Made by a program: the position numbers and the translations under genes. Of a DNA stretch of 64,000 nt, positions 55,845-64,000 are shown piece after piece. Below the pieces are notes generated by a model, which saw nothing but the letters and a program-made list of their open reading frames with translations, made no database searches and had not been told where the DNA came from. Source of the stretch: Macrostomum lignano (lineage: Eukaryota); contig NIVC01000040.1 of the NCBI GenBank assembly GCA_002269645.1, positions 124,001 to 188,000 of the forward strand. The letters run 5' to 3'. Numbering within the stretch: the first letter of the stretch is position 1; each line of letters opens with the position of its first letter.

Positions 55845-56900
55845 AATCATTGTGACTATTCCCGATAACCATAGTGTCTAATCCCGATAACCATAGTGTC
55901 TAATCCCGATAACCATTGTGACTAATCCCGATAACCATAGTGTCTAATCCCGATAACCATTGTGACTAATCCCGATAACCATTGTGTCTAATCCCGATAA
56001 CCATTGTGTCTAATCCCGATAACCATTGTGACTAATCCCGATAACCATTGTGTCTAATCCCGATAACCATTGTGTCTAATCCCGATAACCATTGTGACTA
56101 ATCCCGATAACCATTGTGTCTAATCCCGATAACCATTGTGACTAATCCCGATAACCATTGTGACTAATCCCGATAACCATTGTGACTAATCCCGATAACC
56201 ATTGTGTCTAATCCCGATAACCATTGTGACTAATCCCGATAACCATTGTGACTAATCCCGATAACCATTGTGTCTAATCCCGATAACCATTGTGACTAAT
56301 CCCGATAACCATAGTGACTAATCCCGATAACCATAGTGACTAATCCCGATAACCATTGTGACTAATCCCGATAACCATAGTGACTAATCACGATAACCAT
56401 TGTGACTAATCCCGATAACCATTGTGTCTAATCCCGATAACCATTGTGACTAATCCCGATAACCATAGTGACTAATCCCGATAACCATAGTGACTAATCC
56501 CGATAACCATTGTGACTAATCCCGATAACCATAGTGACTAATCCCGATAACCATTGTGACTAATCCCGATAACCATTGTGTCTAATCCCGATAACCATTG
56601 TGACTAATCCCGATAACCATAGTGACTAATCCCGATAACCATTGTGACTAATCCCGATAACCATTGTGTCTAATCCCGATAACCATAGTGACTAATCCCG
56701 ATAACCATAGTGACTAATCCCGATAACCATAGTGACTAATCCCGATAACCATAGTGACTATTAATCCCGATAATCATTGTGACTAATCCTGATAATCATT
56801 GTGACTAATCCCGTTAACCATTGTGACTAATCCCTATAATCATTGTGACTAATCCCGATAATCATTGTGTCTAACCCTAATAATCATTGTGCCTACCTAA
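55845..56900. repeat. 22-bp minisatellite (TAATCCCGATAACCATTGTGAC)n
   Basis: About 46 units. Confidence 0.96.
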
Positions 56901-57702
56901 TCCCGATAATCATTGTGTCTAACTCTGATAGAGATTAATCCTGATGGTCTTTGTGACTAATCCTGATCGTTGTATCGAATCCTGATAATAATTGCCTCTA
57001 ATCTTGATAATAAAAATTATTTTTTCAAAAAACCACTCATTTGTCGATAACCATTTGTGTCTAATCATACACGTTAATTCCAAACATGAACAATCTGAGT
57101 AAGTGAATTTCGACGAAGAGTTAACCTTGAACCAAAACGACAGACAAATGACTGATCACGATCTCGGTCAAAGAAGCAAGACAAACAGGATGTGGAGTCC
57201 GAGTTGAGGCCCGAAGGGAAACCAAAGAAACGAGCCAAGCTAGCGTTTGCATGACCCCATCCATCTATAATAGTGCGTGCATACGGCATCCTTGCAGTTA
57301 TTAATATTAGTAAGAGAAGAGCAGGCCCAGCAAAAGATACTACTGGTTGCATCCTGGCTGGGGTTGTCTTAATTTTATCATGCGCTACTTACTCACATTG
57401 CAGGCAATGGCAATCACGCTACGGATGAGTTCGTTCGTGTTTTTATTGGCGCCGGCACGAACCGTGCTTTGAGCTGGAGTTGGAGCAGACAGGAAGAAGA
57501 CTTAACTCGTAAAGAGAGGCTGAAACTGATGGTTGCGCGGGAAAATTCTATCAAAACATACAACCACCAGGCTCTGCCGTCTCTGCTGCGAAATCTTTGC
57601 AGATAATGTGTGGGCCCCATGGGGATAAGGGAGATGGGGTGGCAGCCCGCTGACCAGATATTTCGAATCGGCAGCTGTTGACTTGTTGACAAACAGCTGT
57701 TG

Positions 57703-58170
<468 letters not shown>

Positions 58171-58640
58171 ACGTTACTGTTGGCAGTTGCTGTTGTATTC
58201 TGTTCGCAACTGACTGACAGATTATTCTCAAGCTGTCCTGGACAAAATCAGGCACTGAAAATTGATAACAAATAGATATTAATTCGACATTATAGTACTG
58301 GCAAACACATGAATAGAAGAGAGAGCCGTTAAATAAGCCAAATAGTGGGTGTACTTTTATTAAACCAAGGTAGCTTATAATTAATCCCATCGAAGCAATA
58401 CCGAATGTTGGACTTTAAGTTGGGCCACATTTTATTCTTCGTTTCGGAGAGTACAATTTAGATGCAAAAACTAAATGTACGAGTAAATAGAAAAAATTTT
58501 TTTGACACAAATTAACTTCAAGCTCAATATTTTTTGCGTTGAGCAATGAATGAATCAGTAAGAAAGTTACGAGGTGTTAAACCAATGCGTATAAGCTTCA
58601 CGACAAGTGATTTTTTCGAGCAAAATTTTGTTATAACGCC

Positions 58641-59642
58641 TCAATGCCGCGTTGCGGCGTCACCGAAGCCACCAGACAATGTGCTGGCGTCGTCATTAAC
58701 CAAGTCTCCCGCCGTCATTTTGGCAGTTTTGCCTGTCTGGGCAGTGCCTCGGGAACGAGCAGTCTCTGACAGTCTCTCAGAGTCAGCTTCTCGACGACTT
58801 CTGCTGCCGCCGGTGGACGAAGCTTCCACAACAGTGAGTGACAGAACGCACTGCTGCGAGTCATTCTGTCGTAGAGACACCGCCGACACTCGACAGCTGC
58901 TGGAGCAGTTGACGTCAACCAGAAGCTCACTCGGAAAGTCGACAGTTGCTGACGAAGCGTCGGCCTCGGTAGCTGCTGGGCCCAGCGCCCGAGCGAGTTG
59001 CTGACGGTCGAGCTTGAGGCGAAAAGTGCTGCCACGGCTGCGGCCGTTGCTGCTGCTACGAGTGGCAGTTTCTGCGGAGCATAGGTAGTTCTGCTGCTGC
59101 TGCTGCTGCTGCTGCTCTTCCTGATCGTTGTTGTCGTTGCTGTTGTTATCTGAAACTGTTGGCTGCGCCGGTAGACTCTGCTTGGCAACAAGGACCGTAT
59201 CGTGAGACCGTTCGTTGTCCGAACGCATGTAGTAGCAGTGAGTTGAGCTGTCGCGATGCAGTTGGGAGCTGCTCTGCTGCACGAGGCAGCTGCTGATGTC
59301 GGATCTACCGATCAGAGTGTTCGGTTTTGAGTCGCTAGATGCTGTGTCGCTATCACGGTCAAGAGAGGCAATCGAGCTGCTAGTCACGGCCTCTTCGTTG
59401 CTAATGTAAGTAAATTTTCGGACGCAGCGGCTGCTGACGTCTCGACAGATGCTCAGTCGTCGGCTGTGGGTAACGCGGAGAACGTCCTTGCTTGGAGTTC
59501 GCACCCGGCTTTTGAGTCGGTCGACAGCTATGCCGAACGCGATTTGAAAGCATCGCTGATCTTTTAGGTTCTGTTTTCCAAGTGGCTGGAATTTTTTCTT
59601 GCTCGTTACAGAATTTCTCTGCTTGCTGGGAGAATCAATCAT
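58641..59642 (-). CDS. Hypothetical Ser/Gln-rich protein (333 aa ORF), possibly spliced to further small exons
   Basis: ATG-initiated 1-kb non-repeat ORF with coding-like GC content and a poly-Q tract; no recognisable domain. Confidence 0.5.
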   Translation of the reverse strand: MIDSPSKQRNSVTSKKKFQPLGKQNLKDQRCFQIAFGIAVDRLKSRVRTPSKDVLRVTHSRRLSICRDVSSRCVRKFTYISNEEAVTSSSIASLDRDSDTASSDSKPNTLIGRSDISSCLVQQSSSQLHRDSSTHCYYMRSDNERSHDTVLVAKQSLPAQPTVSDNNSNDNNDQEEQQQQQQQQNYLCSAETATRSSSNGRSRGSTFRLKLDRQQLARALGPAATEADASSATVDFPSELLVDVNCSSSCRVSAVSLRQNDSQQCVLSLTVVEASSTGGSRSRREADSERLSETARSRGTAQTGKTAKMTAGDLVNDDASTLSGGFGDAATRH

Positions 59643-60332
59643 TTTCTTCTAAGCTTGTCACCAGTTTTGTGCTCACCTAACTAAGAGAACGAACTCAGCC
59701 TGCTTGCTGGCTTAATCTCAAACAACATTATTATCATTATTTATTAATTTGTAATTGTCTATGGCTAAAGTTCCAAGCTTCAATCCCGAGAACTACATGC
59801 CAAGAAGGCAGCAGATGTTAAAAATTAATGGCTCTTGGCACAAAAACAGGCTAGAAATTCTACACTTCTCTAGCGGAGATTTTTACAAGCTGCATTATTT
59901 ATGTACGCATAAGAGGGACTCCATCTTTTGCGAGCATATATGCATGTAGACAGATTTTTGCTGAGTATATTACCAGGAAATTGAACACAGAACAGAGGAA
60001 TAGAAAGCAAAGAGAGAATATTGGCCTGCACAACAAGAGGCAGGCTTCTGAATCTCCATTAGCCAAAACCTGGAGATCTACTCACCCCTGGCAGTACAAC
60101 TTAGGAGAGTACACTCCCTCCTCAGAAACAATGGGACACCCGCGCGTGCTGGTACAGGTCTTGTAGTAGGTAAGGGGACAGCATTCTCCTGCCAATTTTC
60201 TTTCCCACCATCCAGCCTCAGCGGCCCGCTGGTGTTTAAAAGCAGGTACCTGACTGATGAAAGGCTTGGAAACCCTGCAGAATCCGGGATCTCTAGCTGG
60301 ATTGTGAACTCTAAAACAGCATTGCTCCCCGT

Positions 60333-62919
60333 ATGGTTCGTGTCTGCCTAGCCAAGCAGCTTCAGCGGCAGTTTAGAGGCTGGAGACGGCACGCGTGTCT
60401 GCTGTGCCTGCTTCTAGCATTTGTTCTGCTGTACAATCGTCCACTTTCAGAAAGAGACAATTACAGTGATAAAAGTGCAGCATCCCTGATGCAGCAGACT
60501 GCTATTGCTGATTCAAAACCAAGTTTAAATGTCGATTTAACAACAAGCATAGCAGTAAAGAAGCTATTGTCAATGACTACTCGGACTCCGCGACATGATT
60601 CACCCGCGACAACTGTTGCCACAAGTAGTCGTGCCCGTACAAGCACAACATTGTAAGATTTTTCTTCATGAAATTTGCCCTCTATGCCATTGAGGTTAGG
60701 ATTAGGATTAGGGACTAGATTAGGTTTAGGGTTACAGCTAGGGTTAGCAGTCAGCTGTCATCGGCAGTCAGTTGCTGTAGCTGCATGGTTACCGCATCTT
60801 CAATTTTAACATAGATTTGTTTGACTCATTTCATGTTGCAGAAAACCTGCAGTATCTAAAACCGCTAAACATATGCTCCGGAAACCGAAAAAGCAACTCA
60901 AACCTTTAGACAAATGCTGGGAGGTCAAATCGGAGCAGTACGACCAAGCCACCTGGGACCGGGTATGCTACCGACCCAGGCACACGAGAAATTTGTGCTA
61001 TATCAAACGCTTAACCGCCTTTCCCAAGTTGGCTAGCGAGCAGTCCGCCCACCTCGAGTCGCTGGCTCTGACAGTGGCGACTTACTCTAGCGAGGACGAG
61101 ACCTCCCGACGATTATTGTCGGGCGCTGACAAGGGCTACGAAGCTGTTGAGACGGTGCTCGAACTCCTCGGCGGCAAAGATGAAACGGATCAAAATCACT
61201 GGCTATTGGATATTGGCTCCGGCCTTGGCGTGTTTACCTTGGCAACCGTCTCTAGGGGGCGCTGGGCTGCCGCTGTGGAAGCGAATCACCACAGCCTGGC
61301 GCGGCTGGCTGTCTCCCTGGTCAGCGCGGCCGCAACCGGAGCCGTGGTCGCGAGTGGCGGAGAGCAGGACGGGAAAATGCCTCCGCGACCGAAGGAGGTG
61401 ACAGCTCGGCTGTTCTGGAACGTTCTGCAATCCGCGTCGGTCTCTGGAAGTGGCGAAACAGCAGGGCGCTCTGGAACTCGCTCTGGGGCGCGAAACTCTC
61501 ATATGTTGGCTTACCGAGTAAGACTCATTTCAAATCAATGCTTGATGATCGAAAATCTAATAGTTGAAGCAGTTATCCTGCTATATAAACATATGGCTTT
61601 ATCTACAAGGGTTCTCAAACCGTCAGAGTGAAGTCATATCATATCGATTAAAATTATCCGTCAGAGATCTTGAAATTATTAGTAAGAGTTGCAAAAATAT
61701 GTGAGCTTGTTCCTGACACAGAGTAAGTCTCCATCGCCCAGTGGTTGGTTAGTTATAGTTCCCTATGGGTAGGTGCTTTTGGGCACTGTCAAGGAGACAA
61801 TCGACCTCGACCCGCATCCACCGAAGAGGCAAGCAGTTATGCCCTTCCGCTGAGACCCTTGAGCATGCACCCTCACACAGGACGTGCAGCGGCCCTGACT
61901 TTCAGGAATGAACAGACTCTGTGCCTAAGGGTTGGCCCTCAGAATTTACAATTGTTGTGGACGAGCGCACGAAATAGAACCGAAGGTACAATGTGCGAGA
62001 GTTGTACGCCTTGCTGCTGAACTTCTGTACCTGAGTTAAAAAGATTGTCTCTAGGGCGTCGCCACTGGGGTGACAGGGGGACATGTCCTCCCCCAAGTAA
62101 AAGCTATGGGGGCCTTCCTCTCTCCGCCCCACCTTGTGAACCGTTATGGAAATCAATAATTTTTCTTTAGGGGGTGCCAAAATGACTGGCGCCAAAATGA
62201 GTGCTAACAACACCGATTTCCAAAATAATGTAGAAATTTAGTCAAGTGGAATTCTGGGCTTTGCCCCCCCCCCCCACGAAATCCATGGCGACGCCCCTGG
62301 GTTGTCTATATTTACCTGTTTGAGCAACCAATCAGTGCTACGCTCGTACTCGTATAAAGGACTCTACGCTCGTACCGTCCTGACCCCATGCGGGATTACA
62401 GCAGCGCCCGCAATCAACCATCATTCATCGCAGGTGGTCTCCAACGCATGCGTGGATCTCTCCAGACCGCGACTCCTGCCAGCGTTCTCTGAGTCGTCAA
62501 GTTACGGGGACGCTGGTCCATCGACCAGCCACGAGGAGGAAGCTATCGAAGAAGAGGTCGACAGAGTTCGAGTTGGCGACGTCCGACTCGACGTGATTCT
62601 CGCATCGATGTCGCCATGGCCAGCGCCGAAGCTGCTGATCAAGTGGGACATGGCGTTCGCCGGGCTGAGCAGCCTGCAGCTCGCCGCCAGCGGTCCGCTC
62701 GCGTGGTCGAACGTGACGGGCGTGCTGCTGCTTGGGGTGCCGGCCGAATCTGCGGCTGCTGCGGCTCGGCTAATGTCCGAGCAGCTGCGCTTTGCTCCGC
62801 ACAAGCTGCTGGCTTCCTCAGCAGGGGCGGAGCCGTCCGTTGATGATCCCGGAGCCAGGTTGGACTTGTCAGAAGTTGACACCTGGCCGAAAGATGTCAT
62901 GTGGCTTCGAGAGACGTAG
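60333..62919 (+). CDS. Type II membrane FkbM/Methyltransf_21-like SAM-dependent methyltransferase, 3 exons (60333-60652, 60842-61517, 62434-62919)
   Basis: N-terminal TM (ACLLCLLLAFVLLY), Ser/Thr stem, SAM motif I LLDIGSGLGVFTL, AAAVEAN, VRLDVIL and LLIKWD. Splice sites TT|GTAAGA..TTGCAG|A and CGA|GTAAGA..TCGCAG|GTG are in frame. Confidence 0.72.
62051..62299. mobile_element. hAT-type MITE in methyltransferase intron 2, 249 bp
   Basis: TIR CTAGGGCGTCGCCA vs CAGGGGCGTCGCCA; TSD GATTGTCT/GGTTGTCT. Confidence 0.72.
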
Positions 62920-63371
62920 CCAGCCAAGGACCATTTTTGGTAGTATAGGAACAAGAAAATTCCCAAGAACATACTCGTAAATGCCAATAATGTTTTCTTG
63001 TATTTGGAAATTCCAGTTTGTGAATTTCAGCGTGTACTCTTGTGTCAATGATGATATATTTTTGAAGGCTTTCTCGATTTCATTAGAAACTATTGGAGAC
63101 GTAAGCGATAGTTCCGTGAGTTTTCTAAATAGATCTTTTGGTGGAAGGAAGTTTTACTACAGACAATTTTCCTGTTTTCCAGTAACCATGCCGTTCTGAT
63201 TAAGAAGTTTATAAGGTGTTGAAAATTATCAAATTTAGCAATAAAACTAGAAATCTTGTGCCCTTCGGGGCGTCCAATAAGCAAGGCGCAAGGGACGAAA
63301 TTTATTTATGTATATCCTATCCTTGTGTGTAAGTCTTAACGTCTCAGCGATTCCACCAGTGAGCTTTGATA

Positions 63372-63605
63372 TCTTAGCACTTCCCCCCGTAAGCCTTGAC
63401 ATTTAAGCAATTCCCCCGGTAAGCCTGGAAATTTTAGCAATTCCCCCGGTAAGCCTGGAAATTTTAGCAATTCCCCCGGTAAGCCTGGAAATTTCAGCAA
63501 TTCCCCCAGTAAGCCTTGACATCTCAGCAGTTAAACTCGAGTTTGACATCTCATCAATGCCCCCAGTAAGCTTTGCCATCTCAGCCGTTCCCCCGTAAGC
63601 CTTGA
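63372..63605. repeat. 30-bp minisatellite (GCAATTCCCCCGGTAAGCCTGGAAATTTTA)n
   Basis: About 7 degenerate units. Confidence 0.85.
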
Positions 63606-63688
63606 AATAAAAATTTGTAAAACTTTCCAACTTACAAATGTACGTGCTACGTGTGAATTGAGCCTTCAAATAAAATACTGTTACCTAC

Positions 63689-63874
63689 CAGTGGCGTAGG
63701 GAGGGGGGATCAGGGGGGATGTATCCCCCCCCCGAAGAGCCTGACCAAAACTTTTTTGTTGCCCTTTTTCGCTATACATGCTACCATGTGAAGCACTTTT
63801 ACCTTGGTGTATCCCCCCCGTAGAAAATTCACCTTGGTGTATCCCCCCGTAGGAAATTCCTGGCTACGCCCCTG
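63689..63874. mobile_element. hAT-type MITE, 186 bp
   Basis: TIR CAGTGGCGTAG vs CAGGGGCGTAG; exact 8-bp TSD TTACCTAC (63681-63688 / 63875-63882). Confidence 0.85.
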
Positions 63875-64000
63875 TTACCTACTACGTTGCCACCCAAATT
63901 GATTCACTGCTTATTCTACCAAGTGATGACATAATATACAATTATTCCTGTCTAACCAAAAAATTTCTGCTCTCATCAGCATACATTTTTGTTCAACAAG

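Noticed and set aside
57086-57606. Plus-strand 2-exon mini gene MNNLS|NGNHATDEF... (57086-57098 + 57404-57606)
   Set aside because: The phases fit, but there is no homology cue and stronger splice signals lie on the minus strand; it cannot be supported without RNA data.
60241-60290. Hammerhead-like core CTGATGA...GAAAC
   Set aside because: Stem I is essentially absent and stem II cannot form a proper closing pair and loop.

Overview
This is eukaryotic (animal) genomic DNA, not prokaryotic. It has spliceosomal introns, Ala/Gln-rich proteins and very dense intronic micro- and minisatellites; the style suggests a free-living flatworm such as Macrostomum, which is inference only. Hand-spliced genes: first coding exon of a CD36/SCARB-family receptor (-), a 2-exon SUN-domain nuclear-envelope protein (-), an 18-exon type IV (zeta/iota/rdgA-like) diacylglycerol kinase spanning ~28 kb (-), a 4-exon divergent rhodopsin-like GPCR (-), a Ser-rich orphan ORF (-), and a 3-exon type II membrane FkbM-like methyltransferase (+). 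Mobile DNA: an internally deleted Ty3/Gypsy LTR element (CATAG TSD), an internally deleted PIF/Harbinger element that keeps the 5' ends of both ORFs, and five hAT-type non-autonomous elements with 8-bp TSDs. About 30 tandem arrays explain almost all of the long low-complexity ORFs in the track. The most unusual items are a 62-63 bp two-hairpin mini-element inserted in two unrelated tandem arrays, a pattern in which every long DGK intron carries its own minisatellite starting close to the 5' splice site, a DGK lacking the MARCKS and ankyrin modules, and the candidate Golgi-type methyltransferase. All exon boundaries were read by eye and need RNA-seq; array boundaries are approximate.
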